This document shows positions 37,105-49,929 of a DNA stretch of 64,000 bases, in pieces. The notes below the pieces were generated by a model. That model searched no databases. It had not been told where the DNA came from and was given only the letters and a program-made list of their open reading frames with translations. The stretch lies in contig OX597814.1 in NCBI GenBank assembly GCA_951406725.2, forward strand, positions 73,966,001 to 74,030,000. The letters run 5' to 3'. The position numbers were made by a program, and so were the translations under genes. The stretch's first letter is position 1; the number at the start of each line of letters is the position of its first letter. This stretch comes from Octopus vulgaris. Its lineage: Eukaryota.

Positions 37105-37335
37105 TATCCAGTAATTTTTTACTAGTTTCATCTTGTCTCTTTGTCTTCTCTCCATGTTGCTATATGAAAACTTAAGGTGGTTTTAGAGTCGGATCATGGC
37201 TGCTATTTTCAGCATGGTGGTATCTTGTAGATACCCTAATTTATAATTTTAATAATTATTACCTTTGAAGGTTATTTTTTTCCCATGCTGGCCACTTGAT
37301 AAGTTCGTTATTTTATTTTAAACTAACGATCTTAT

Positions 37336-37407
<72 letters not shown>

Positions 37408-37951
37408 ATATGTTTGTGTGTCTGTGTTTGTCCCTCCAACATCGCTTGACAACCGATGCTGGTGTGTTTATGTCCCCGTAGCTTAGCGGTTTGGCAAAAG
37501 AGACCGATTGAATAAGTATTAGGCTTACAAAGAATAAGTCCTGGTGTCGATTTGCTCGACTAAAGGTGGTACTTCAGCATGCCCACAGTCAAATGGCTGA
37601 AACAAGTAAAAGAGTAAAGAGTAAAGAGTATATATATATGGATTTCGTTGACAGGAAATGAAACAAATCAATCGTATAGAGTTGTATGTATATATATAAG
37701 TGTATGTGTGTGTCTTTGTCTCTGTGTTCCGCCCTCATCACTACTTCACAACGGCTGTTCATTTATTTACATCTCCATAACTTACTGGTTTCACAAGAAC
37801 AAACTAATAGAATAAGTACCAGGCTTATCAACATAAAAAAAAAACACTAGTCAGTGTCTCATATTTTTCTTTGCCCTCTCAGTTGTATCTATCAATTTAT
37901 CTTTGTATGTGTGTGTGTGTATATATATATATCTATATCTATATCCATATC

Positions 37952-38014
<63 letters not shown>

Positions 38015-39032
38015 CACCCTAATGGGAGCCTTAGCTCCCAAATTTTAATCATTTCTTTTATGATCCAAAACTAGGTCAAAAGTACTGAATGGATCTTTAT
38101 GAAATTTGGAAATTATATTCTATGCATAAGGGCCATAACCCCCATAACAATTCATATATTTTTGCTGTTGATGAAATTTTTAATCAGAGATATTAGACAC
38201 AAATGAAGTAATATTTATAAAATTTCATCTTCTTACAAGTTAGAAAGACCCCTCCATGAGGACTCAACACCCACAATTTTGTCATTTTATCTAAGCAAAA
38301 ACGAATACAGTTGTGCTCTTGGAAGCTGTAGGGTTACTCGAGCATAAAAGATGACCATTATTTGTAATTCAATGGTACAACAGTGTAACAGTTTGCTTTG
38401 ACATACACTTACATTGTGATTTCTGCAATGTGATGCATAAATTGTCAAGTAAATGAGAGGCATCTTTGCCTCCACTGATTCAGTTGCAAAGTGTTGAGTA
38501 AAGTTATTTGATTGCAGACCTCCTTTCAGTCTTTTTATTATCACTAGGTCATACATAGTCCCCAGATGATAACATTGATTTCAAGGCCTTCCCAGATGAG
38601 TGACTAGTTAGTCAAGCACATTTATAGATTGTAAATTTATTCTGTCCAGTTACGTATCAGTATAGTGGTCATTTGCAAACTCCAGAGGTGACACTTTCAT
38701 TTCTCCTAAGCCCTCACGTCACACAGTTGTTAATGTTTATTTCAGTTGGGCCACGCCCTTCCAATTGCTGTAGATTCGTAATGCATCTTACGGCTGTGCC
38801 TATCACCTGGATGGTGAGGAATCCTACATTGGGAGTGGTAACGACTAGGGTACTGTAACTGACTTCTTATTGTGATCATTCGTCTCTTGGTTTCCTGTAG
38901 CTTTGCTCTCTTTTACAAACCCAGTGAACATATATTTCCTATTTCAAAGAAATTCAAACAATATATATAAGACCCAAGTTAAAAAGATTCTCAACAATTC
39001 AACTTCTCTGGTTGACATTAAGATGCCCACCA

Positions 39033-39315
39033 CCCTTAACTTCGAAACACGCAATGAGTCGAAACAGGGGCAGCTGAAGAAGGGGAATGTTCTTTGTGTT
39101 GTTGTCTTGTACTCTGTTTTTCGTTGTTAAAAAAAGTCCGTTTCCTTGTTTTCTTTTTATGTTTTCGTTTCTCGTTGTGTTCTACGTTTTTTTTGTGGTG
39201 TCCTGTATATATACATATAGATGTAGGCATGTACATATATGTATGTATGCATATGTTTTACTTATTAAATTGTTATTATATGATCGAATACCACGCGTCG
39301 TCTTCTTCCAAGTAA
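39033..39315 (+). mobile_element. Dispersed pLTR-type repeat (family also at 45665-46110, 47130-47371, 47411-47645)
   Basis: Shared ctgaaga/ctgatga-agggga...ttgtcttgtactctg...ttttcgtttctc...ggtgtcctgta...atgtagg sequence. Confidence 0.7.
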
Positions 39316-39390
39316 GTTTTATATATGATTTTTTTGATTTTGATTTTTCCAGTTTCAGCTCATGAGCTGTGGCCATGCTGGGGCACCGCC

Positions 39391-39523
<133 letters not shown>

Positions 39524-39670
39524 GTGTATAAAACCTTCAACAGACACATATCAGTACATAAACCTACGTTGACATGTACATACATATGTACATACAAAAA
39601 CACAGACACGTCTACACACTTACCTAAATACTCACGTGCATACATATTTACATACATACATTTTCCTCCT

Positions 39671-39986
39671 ATAGGAGCACTCAGTCGGTTGCGACGACGA
39701 GAGTCCCAGCTGATACGATCAACGGAACAGCCTGCTCATGAAATTAACGTGCAAGTGACTGAGCAATCCACAGACACGCGTACTCCTAACGTAGTTCTCA
39801 GGGAGATTCAGCGTGACAAGGCCGGCCCTTTGAAATACAAGTACAACTCATTTTTGCCAGCTGAGTGGACAGGAGCAACGTGTAATAAAGTGTCTTACTC
39901 AAGGACACAACGCGTCGCCGGGAATCGAACTCACGACCTTACAATCGTGAGTCGAATGCCCTAACCACTTAGCCACGTGCCTTCAC
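39671..39986 (-). mobile_element. tRNA-derived SINE
   Basis: Minus: gtgaaggcacgTGGCTAAGTGGttagggcattcgactcacgattgtaaggtcgtgaGTTCGATTCCcgg (Pol III A and B boxes) followed by a body shared with 60437-60750. Confidence 0.85.
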
Positions 39987-40429
39987 ACATACGTACATAC
40001 ATACATACATACATACATACATGCGTATACGCATGCACACATGCATACGCTTGTACACATATACATACGCACATACATGTACACATACATACATACATAT
40101 ATACATACATACATGCATGCATACATACGTACGTACGTACATGCATACATACATGCATACGTACGTACATAAATACATACATAAATACATACATACATAC
40201 ATACATGCGTATACGTATGCACACATGCATACGCTTGTACACATATGCATACGCACATACATGTACACATACATACATATATACATACATACATACATAC
40301 ATACGTACGTACATATATACATACGTACATAAATACATACATACATAAATACATACATACATACATACGTACATACATACATACATACATACATACATAC
40401 ATACATACATACATACATACATACATACA

Positions 40430-40460
<31 letters not shown>

Positions 40461-40661
40461 GAACTAACTGTTAGTTTCACAGATGTAGCACGGAATTTTG
40501 TCAGCGATCAGGTCGCGGTCTCAAAGCGACGAAAATATTTTAGCAAATTAAATTTATATGTTGAAGTGAATCTAACGGAATTTGTGTGTTTTTAAATGGC
40601 TTATAAACACCTTCCACACTGCAATTGTTTTTGTTTCAGCACCTGTTTCAGTTCTGAGATT

Positions 40662-41447
40662 AATTTGATACTGGTTGGTGACCATAGCTGAGAGCAATAG
40701 TCAAAGTGGTTTAGGACAAGTGTCCTCCAAAGGACCATCATGGTTTCCTGATCTCTTGTTCTAAAAGTTCTAAGAATGCATCCGGTCAGTCACCTGCATT
40801 TCATTGCCAATTTAGCAACATGCACATGGAAGGATGCATCATTACTCATGTAAATGCCCAGGTCTCGCACTGACTATGCCTCTGGGATTGCAATCCCTCC
40901 AGGTCCAGTGTATTTAATTAGTATTGCATTTAGTTTTGCATGCTGATAGCACAAGTCTTGAAACTTTTCAGCATTGAACTGCATGCTATTCTTTCCAGCT
41001 CACTTGTCTATTTCATCAGCTTACATTGCACATGCATAATGTCTTCAGGGTTCTGTATTACCCGTGAGATTTGTGTATCATTTGCATAACTTGTGATCAT
41101 CGATCTCTGTGTGGCTGAGGGCATGTCTGAGAGGGCCATTATGAACTGTAGTGGTCCCCAAAAAGTGCCTTGCGGAACACCGTTCACTATTTGCGTGTCA
41201 TTGGAGCTGGCCCCATTGGCTCCTACCACCTGACTTCTATCCTTCAGAAAGTCACGAAGCCATTCTCCCAATTTTCCGACTATGTCAAGACCACGTAGTT
41301 TGTGACATATCATTCCATGATTGACTTTATCAAAGGCCTTTGCAAACTCCAGACATATCACTTTCATATTTGAAGCAGCTGCTTTGAGACCGCGACCTGT
41401 TCGCTGACAAAATTCCGTGCTACATCTGTGAAACTAACAGTTCGTTC

Positions 41448-41478
<31 letters not shown>

Positions 41479-42360
41479 TGTTGTAAGAGCTGAGTCAGGC
41501 AGCTTCTTCCTGGTCGGAAACCATGTTGGGTGTCAGTCAGCAAGTCATTTTCTTCAAGGAAGGTGATTAGTTTTCTTCTAACTATTCGTTCCATGACCTT
41601 GCTGATGTGCGAGGTCAGAGAGATAAGTCTGTAGTTTTTGGCCTCTGTTCTGCTACCTCCTTTATGAATATGACATATTTTACCCTCCTTCAGTTTACTT
41701 GGAAGTTTGCCAGTTGCAATGAAGCTCTGAAAGAGGGACTGCAGTGGTCTTGCTAGGACTCGCTTACATGCTTTTAGAAGGATTGCTGGGAATCCATCAG
41801 GGCCAGCAGCTGCGTTTGGATTCATTTCATCTATAGCCTTTATTACATCGTCTTTTTTTTTATATTGATGTAATCGATCATCACTGCATCTGTTTTTATA
41901 TCTGGTAGTCTTGTGTATTGGGTATAGTCCCATCTGTGAGATTGATGTAGCCAGGTCAGCTGCGGTACAATCTTTTGTGCCATGCACCAAAAGATTGTTG
42001 TTTAGCAGCTGTCCTTTCAACAACATGTTGATAAGACTGGTTTGTCGCACGCCTACATCTGCGTATCTCCATTTTGGGGCAGGTGTTGCGTAGTCCTTTC
42101 CTTTTGGCTGGTGGTTTCCGCCCTGTTTCATGTTTGCGTGGCGGAGGCTTTGATGTGCAAAACGGCAGCTTGCACCTCCCTCACCATGTCAGCAGACACC
42201 TTTCAAGTAGAATTTGCACATTCATGTGTGCTGTCTCTTTTTATCCTTTTTGTTATATGGGCAGTCAGGTTTGCTTCTTTCATTGGCTGTTTCATCTTTT
42301 GTTTTTGCTCCTTTTAGTTGTTCTTTCTTGGCTCTTTCACCACCATGGTTTTTCGCTTTG
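40662..42360 (-). mobile_element. CR1/L2-like LINE RT fragment, degenerate
   Basis: AAGPDGFPAILLK, NYRLISLTSHISKVMER, QHGFRPGRSCLTQLL, LEFAKAFDKVNH, GVPQGT, SYANDT, YCSQLWSP. Confidence 0.9.
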
Positions 42361-42717
42361 AATGTGGTAGGGGCACTTGCACTTGGGTTTACTTATATAT
42401 ATTATACATATAATATATATAATATATATATGATATATGTAATATATATATTTATATAATATATATAATATATATATATAACGTATATATATTTATAACA
42501 CATATATATTGTATACACACATATATATATATATATACATAATATATATATAATATATATGTATATATATATACAATATATATATTTACATATGCATGGA
42601 TATATATATATATATATATACCGGAGTAAACACATAAATGTGAAACAAGGTGGACAAAAGAGTACTCCAACACCAGAGGTAGAGTAATATGCTTTATTTA
42701 AAAGCTTTTTAAATAAA

Positions 42718-42776
<59 letters not shown>

Positions 42777-43038
42777 TCACTTATATGTTGGAAGAAAAAC
42801 GAAAATATGTTATATAGAAATTTGTTATTTGAAATTCAATTTATTCTTCAATTGGATACAATTTATTCTTTAAGTGAGAAATCAAATCTGAATTCATAAT
42901 ATAAAACAACAACAACAACAACAATAATAATGATAAGAAGAAGAAGATGAAGAAGAAGGTTCATAATAATAATAAAGAAACATAAAATTTACCATTTTTA
43001 TGAAAGGAGAAAAATTCTACTATATGTGTTGGGGGAAA

Positions 43039-43675
43039 TTACGTAGGAGCTTCTGGGTAAACAATATTCTTTGTTTTCTGGTTTGGAGCATAGACAAATA
43101 TATCTTGCAAACTACAAACCCTGGAGCAAAAAACATAAAGTTGACCATGCGTAAAGCAAACCAGTTCATTACGAAGTCTGGCCTTGAGCTTTATTGATAG
43201 ACATTGCAAAGCAATGTCGCCGTGGAATTGCATTCGTTTGAACTCAAATGGCTTGTCGGTTGGCTTGATTGGATTTCTTGGAATAAAAACACTTCCCCAG
43301 TGGTACATCCAGTGACGATTGTAACTTCTATCACATTAGGTGGTAATGTCTTTACAATTAACCTTGTCCCATTGCATAATTTAGAAGGATGAAATGATAA
43401 GGTGGCACTAGCACAACACTTCTGCTGAACCCGAATCTTTGCTTATGTTACAAATTGGACTGTCATTTGTGAACAGGTTTAGCGGTAATTTAAATGCAGA
43501 ATGAGGTGTTCGTCCTCCTGGGAGAATGGTGGCAGCAATGTCAGACAATGCTACAGCTACTGCAATTCTTTTTTGTTGCCTTACATTGGAAACAAGCAAT
43601 GTTATTATAAGTGCTTTACCTGTGCCATGAGGAGCATCAGGAAAGAAAATTCTTCTGCTTTTTTCTGACGATTGT
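43039..43675 (-). mobile_element. Helitron Pif1-family helicase fragment
   Basis: DAPHGTGK (Walker A), IAATILPGGRTPHSAFKLP, VFIPR, FEFKRMQF, AMSINKAQGQT, FTHGQLYV, TKNIVYPE; internal deletion. Confidence 0.92.
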
Positions 43676-44255
43676 GGAACGCAGCACGCATGGGCACACA
43701 CACACAGATACATATGCATACAATATCAAACATCAGATCAAATGGACGTGTGTATGTGTGTGTGAGAGAGAGAGAGTGAAGGAGTGTTTTGTCATGTATA
43801 CGCACATACATCTTTTTTGTATGTGTGTGCGCGCGTGTGTGTGTGAGAGAGAGAAAAAGAGAGAGTGAGTGCCACTTAGACATCATTACCTCTCTGTGTC
43901 TATCACACACACGCACACATACATACACAAGAGATGTATGCATATGTATTTATGCATGTACGCATACATAACATACCCCTTCACCCCCTCTCTCTCTCTC
44001 TCGCACACTCACACAAATGTATACAAACGTACATACAAAAACACGTGTGCGTGTGTGACCGACTACAAATACATAGAGATGAACACGGCGCGGAAAAAGT
44101 AAATAAGTAAAAAATTTTTACGGATATTAACAAAGTGTGCGAGTTCAAGCGAAAGAATGTCCATATTTTTTGGACGCCCCATGTTGAATTGCAAAATTTT
44201 AATGTGGCATTTGTGTAATAACGAAATCAAACCTAGACTGTGTGTGTGTGTGTGT

Positions 44256-44296
<41 letters not shown>

Positions 44297-44489
44297 TGTG
44301 TGTGTGTGCGTGCGTGTTTGTGAGAGAAATCGTGTAAATAAAAACGCGTTAAAAACTATCTTGTACCGAATATCTTAATTTGTGAAATTAGTAAATATTT
44401 CTTTCAGTAATTTATCGTAGTGTTTGCAAAAAGGGAATTAAAACTTGAAATGAAAACATAAAAATAGAGAGCGAGCGACTTCGCCGTTT

Positions 44490-44692
44490 TTACGTCAATA
44501 CCGGAAGTTGACATTGAGAAACCTTTTTAAAGAAGTGAATCATAAATATAAAACAATATTATTTATTTCTAATAAAAAAATAAACTGATGTGCCTATTAC
44601 GTATCCGAGGTCAAATTATTTTTGCATCCCAAGTATGAAAGCAATTCGCGTGAAAATCGAATACACACATAAAGATGTCTATTATATATAGA
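44490..44692 (-). mobile_element. Non-autonomous Helitron-like repeat; second copy at ~46770-46930
   Basis: acgtcaataccggaagttgacattga...tatccgaggtcaaattat...atcccaagtatg occurs at both sites; minus strand starts TCTATATATAA. Confidence 0.5.
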
Positions 44693-44942
44693 AAGCGATT
44701 GTATATATACTAGCTGACACCGTGCCGTAAAAAATGACGGCTAATTGTAGTATGTAAAAGAGTACAAAAAAGTGAAAAAAAAAAAAAAGTACTTCAACTC
44801 TGTGTGAGTGTGTGTGTATGTGTATGTGTATGTGTGTGCATATGTATACATTTATATGCATGAGTAGCACAGTCGGTAGCGAACGCGGTTTTCTATACTT
44901 TGTCACAGCCCGCTTCCTTCCTTTTTAAGTGTGTCTGTTTAT

Positions 44943-45001
<59 letters not shown>

Positions 45002-45006
45002 ACACA

Positions 45007-45084
<78 letters not shown>

Positions 45085-45624
45085 CATATATATATGTGTG
45101 TGTGTGTGTGTGTATGTGTGTGTGTGTAAATGCGCGTGTGTCTGTGATTCTATTTTCTGCGTATCTTTCTAAATAAACATATGCAAACACATATACATTC
45201 ACTCATATATATAAATATATTTTACACAAAAACACACAAATACTCACACAGAGTTGAAGCCCTGTTTGATTTTTGTTTCACCGTTGACTTTTCACCATTC
45301 CACTTCCATCGGTGGATTACCCCTTCCTTCCTCATTCATATGTTGTGTCGGAGAAATACAGAATAGTATTATTATAGTAGATTATCATACTAGAAGACTC
45401 ACGGCGCTCTCTTTGCTATTTCCTTTCTCTCATTGTTATTACTTTCTCTCAGTCCCTCTCAGTCATGGCTATTATTTTCACAACTTCTCCTTCACTGAAT
45501 TACTATTTTCGCTCCTCTCCCTTCACTGTTCATTCTTTCTACGTGATTTTGGACATACACACACATAAACACACACACACATACATACAAATATATAAAA
45601 AGCACTACGCTCATCATTATATTA

Positions 45625-45657
<33 letters not shown>

Positions 45658-45664
45658 CATATAT

Positions 45665-46110
45665 ACTTGGAAGTGGATGCGTGGCGTTCCATCATATAAT
45701 AACAAAATAATAAATAAAACATATGCATATATACATACATATATGTACGTACCTACATCTATATGTATATATACATGCATATATGGGTACAGGACACCAA
45801 AAACACCTCGAGCACAATGAGAAACGAAAACATAAAAACAAAACCAAGGAAACGGACATTTTTTAAACAACAAGATATACAACACAAGGAAAATTCCCCT
45901 TCTTCAGCCGCCTCTGTTTCGTCTACTCTGTGTTTCGAAAGTGAAGGCGAGACACGACTTCGCTGAAACAGTACTTCCCGCAAAGCAAATTAAATAAAAT
46001 TAAAAATTTTTTGCGGAGGGGTAAAAGTGGTAACAAAAACAGGACAGTAAAGACAATACAAATAAAAACAGTAAAAGACAGGACAAGGACAGCCACGCCT
46101 ATAATATATA

Positions 46111-46150
<40 letters not shown>

Positions 46151-46400
46151 TATATATTATAGGCGTGACTGTCCTTGTCCTGTCTTTTACTGTTTTTATT
46201 TGTATTGTCTTTACTTTCCTGTTTTTGTTACCACTTTACCCCTCCGCAGTGAAGGAGAAGTTGTGAAAATAATAGCCATGACTGAGAGGGACTGAGAGAA
46301 AGTAATAACAATGAGAGAAAGGAAATAGCAAAGAGAGCGCCGTGAGTCTTCTAGTATGATAATCTACTATAATAATACTCAGTCATACAATAGTGTAATA
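45665..46400. mobile_element. pLTR-type repeat with fold-back and captured flanking DNA
   Basis: 46012-46120 is inverted at 46141-46248; 46247-46379 is the reverse complement of 45365-45497. Confidence 0.75.
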
Positions 46401-46445
46401 TATATAATACTACAAAATTATCTCAACCCCTATCTCATTTTATAA

Positions 46446-46480
<35 letters not shown>

Positions 46481-46651
46481 AACAATATATTATAGGCGTG
46501 GCTGCCTGGTAAGAAGCATGCTTCACAACCACATGTTTCTGGGTTCAGTCCCACTGCGTGGCACCTTGAGCAAGTGTCTTCCACTAGAGCCTCGGACCGA
46601 CTAAAGCCTTGTGAGTGGATTTGGTAGACAGAACTTGAAAGAAGCCCGTCG

Positions 46652-46683
<32 letters not shown>

Positions 46684-46998
46684 TATATTTATGTGTGTGT
46701 GTGTTTTTGTATGTTTATGTCTCCGTAACTTAGCGGTTCGGCAAAAGAGAGAGATAGAATAACAGTTGTAACGTCAATACCGGAAGTTGACATTGAAAAG
46801 CCTTTTTTAAAGAAGTGAATCACATATATAAAGCAATATTATTTAATTTCAATAAAAAAATGAAATAAAGGCCCTATTTTGTATCCGAGGTCAAATTATT
46901 CATTGATCCCAAGTATGGAACCAATTAGCGCACCCGTTTTCCCGTGGAAAGCGAACACACACACACACACACATTTATTATATATAGATATATATCTA

Positions 46999-47062
<64 letters not shown>

Positions 47063-47129
47063 AGCTTAGAGAAGAAGAAGAAACGAAACCAAACCAAACG
47101 AATCGAATCGAATCGACGTGAAGGCGCTC

Positions 47130-47638
47130 AGTCATACAATAGTGTAATAAATAAATATATGCATACATACAAACATATATGTACGTACCTACATCTACAT
47201 GTATATATACATGCATATATAAATATATATACGTGTGTACAGGACACCACAAATAGATGTAGAACTCAACGAGAAACGAAAACGTAAAAACGGCATGGAA
47301 CGGACCATTTTTATAACAGCGAAAAAACAGAGTACACGACAACTACACAAGGAAAAATCCCCTTCATCAGCTGTCCACCTTCGAAACACGCTGGAGTTCA
47401 ACTAGGGACTACTGATGAAGGGGATTTTTCCTTGTGTAGTTGTCTTGTACTCTGTTTTTTCGTTGTTAAAAAAATGGTCCGTTCCATGGTGTTTTTACGT
47501 TTTCGTTTCTCGTTGAGTTCTACGTCTATTTGTGGTGTCCTGTACACACGTATATATATTTATATATGCATATATATATACATGTAGATGTAGGTACATA
47601 CATATATGTTTGTATGTATGCATATATTTTATTTATTA

Positions 47639-47645
<7 letters not shown>
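47130..47645. repeat. Inverted pair (~235 bp arms, ~40 bp spacer) of a pLTR-type repeat
   Basis: 47140-47371 is the reverse complement of 47411-47644, with few mismatches. Confidence 0.85.
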
Positions 47646-47686
<41 letters not shown>

Positions 47687-47734
47687 TATATCTATTATAT
47701 ATATATATAATATATCTATCTATATCCTATATAT

Positions 47735-47900
47735 GAAGGAGCGCCAACAACAACCACGTGCGACTCTCCCTTCCGGTACTAGATGCCCGCACTGCGACCG
47801 ATCTTTTCAAGCAAGAATTGGTCTTATCGGTCACCTACGGACTCACCAGTAAATTTGCGCGAAGAGCATCATCCTCGACCTTGAGGGATTGCCATCATCA
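47735..47900 (+). mobile_element. Extreme 3' fragment of an RTE LINE
   Basis: CPHCDRSFQARIGLIGHLRTHQ* C2H2 finger followed by a short tail ending ccatcatca. Confidence 0.75.
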
Positions 47901-47916
47901 TATATATATCTATATC

Positions 47917-47970
<54 letters not shown>

Positions 47971-48090
47971 TAAGTACTGGGCTTACAAAGAATAAGCCCC
48001 GGGGTCGATTTGCTCGACTAAAGGCGGTGCTCCAGCATGGCCGCAGTCAAATGACTGAAACAAGTAAAAGAGTAAAAGAGTATATATATC

Positions 48091-48139
<49 letters not shown>

Positions 48140-48152
48140 CTATTATATATAT

Positions 48153-48190
<38 letters not shown>

Positions 48191-48273
48191 GGTCCCGGGT
48201 TGATTCGGGGTTAACCACAGTAAATAAGGTACTCAATACATAGCAGAGTAAAATTAATTTATTATATAGAAGG

Positions 48274-48324
48274 AGTTTCTACAGGACTAGAACTGTTTCA
48301 TTCAAGAGAAATCTTCAGGAAGCT
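48274..48324 (-). ncRNA. Type I hammerhead ribozyme, family A copy 3
   Basis: As family A, with one helix I substitution (gaaact). Confidence 0.7.
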
Positions 48325-48641
48325 AGTTAACAAGAATTGTATTGGCATTTATACATTTAGGCCTATCTCTGACTTCACACACCAGGAAAGTCATGGAACG
48401 AATAGTCAGAGGGAAACCAATTGCATTCTTCGAAGAAAATGACTTGCTGAATGATACCCAGCATGGCTTTCGACTATGTAGGAGCTGCCTGACCCAGCTC
48501 CTACAACACTATGACTGTGTGTTGAAGCAGTTAGTCGACAACTCAAATGTGGACGTAAAATACCTTGACTTTGCATAAGTTTTTGATAAAATTAATCACG
48601 GTATGATAAATGTATAAATGCCAATACAATTCTTGTTAACT

Positions 48642-48692
48642 AGCTTCCTGAAGATTTCTCTTGAATGAAACAGTTCTAGTCCTGTAGAAGCT
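48642..48692 (+). ncRNA. Type I hammerhead ribozyme, family A copy 4
   Basis: Identical to 34073-34123. Confidence 0.75.
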
Positions 48693-48707
48693 CCTTCTAT
48701 ATAATAA

Positions 48708-48738
<31 letters not shown>

Positions 48739-48739
48739 C

Positions 48740-48808
<69 letters not shown>

Positions 48809-49056
48809 ATTATATATATATACATATCTATTATAAACAACTTATAAATAAGGGCATGCTGGCCATTGATAAAATTTTTTTCGAAAAAATTTTATCCTAC
48901 ATTATATATATATCTATTATATATATATATATCTATTCTATATATTGTTGTATTTGGGGATGGTCATGTTGCCAGTTTAGCCAATAAAACACACGCACTA
49001 TATATTTGGTGTTAATTTGCTTTAGCTTTATTCATTTTTTACGTTAATCGTATCTC

Positions 49057-49100
49057 GACCAGAGTTCTTTCGTCACACTTCTGTGACCTCATCAGTGGTC
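49057..49100 (-). ncRNA. Minimal type I hammerhead ribozyme, family D (44 nt)
   Basis: Minus: gacca-CTGATGA-g-gtcaca gaag tgtgac-GAAA g aa c TC-tggtc; perfect helices I and II, vestigial helix III, CUC triplet. Confidence 0.8.
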
Positions 49101-49343
49101 ATTTGCTTTCTTCTTTCTTATTTGTGTGTCTTTCCTTACTAACAATCAGCCATTTTATATTTTGTATTCCTATTGTATGTGTCATTTGTGCATGCATATA
49201 CCCCTATGTGTGTCTATGTTTAGTAAGTGCGTGTGTGATTGGGGGAGTGCCTGTATTATCTGTATCCCTTTTTTATACATGTTCGTTTAATTTGTTTTTA
49301 TTTATTTTGTTCATGTGTTTATTCCTATTTATTTGTTTCTATT

Positions 49344-49884
<541 letters not shown>

Positions 49885-49929
49885 CATATATATTATATAT
49901 TTCTTTGCTGCCTCACCTATAACTAGGGA

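Larger units (their letters stand above)
36668..37258. mobile_element. Inverted pair (~260 bp arms, ~67 bp spacer) of a hammerhead-bearing pLTR-type repeat
   Basis: 36668-36929 is the reverse complement of 36997-37258 with scattered substitutions. Confidence 0.85.
48188..48709. mobile_element. Second family-A insertion: inverted hammerhead arms enclosing a 254 bp copy of a nearby LINE
   Basis: 48188-48362 and 48607-48709 match the 32.3/34.1 kb arms; 48355-48608 equals 50182-50435 with one mismatch seen. Confidence 0.85.

Noticed and set aside
39905-39986. tRNA gene
   Set aside because: A and B boxes are present, but the sequence continues into a SINE body repeated at 60437
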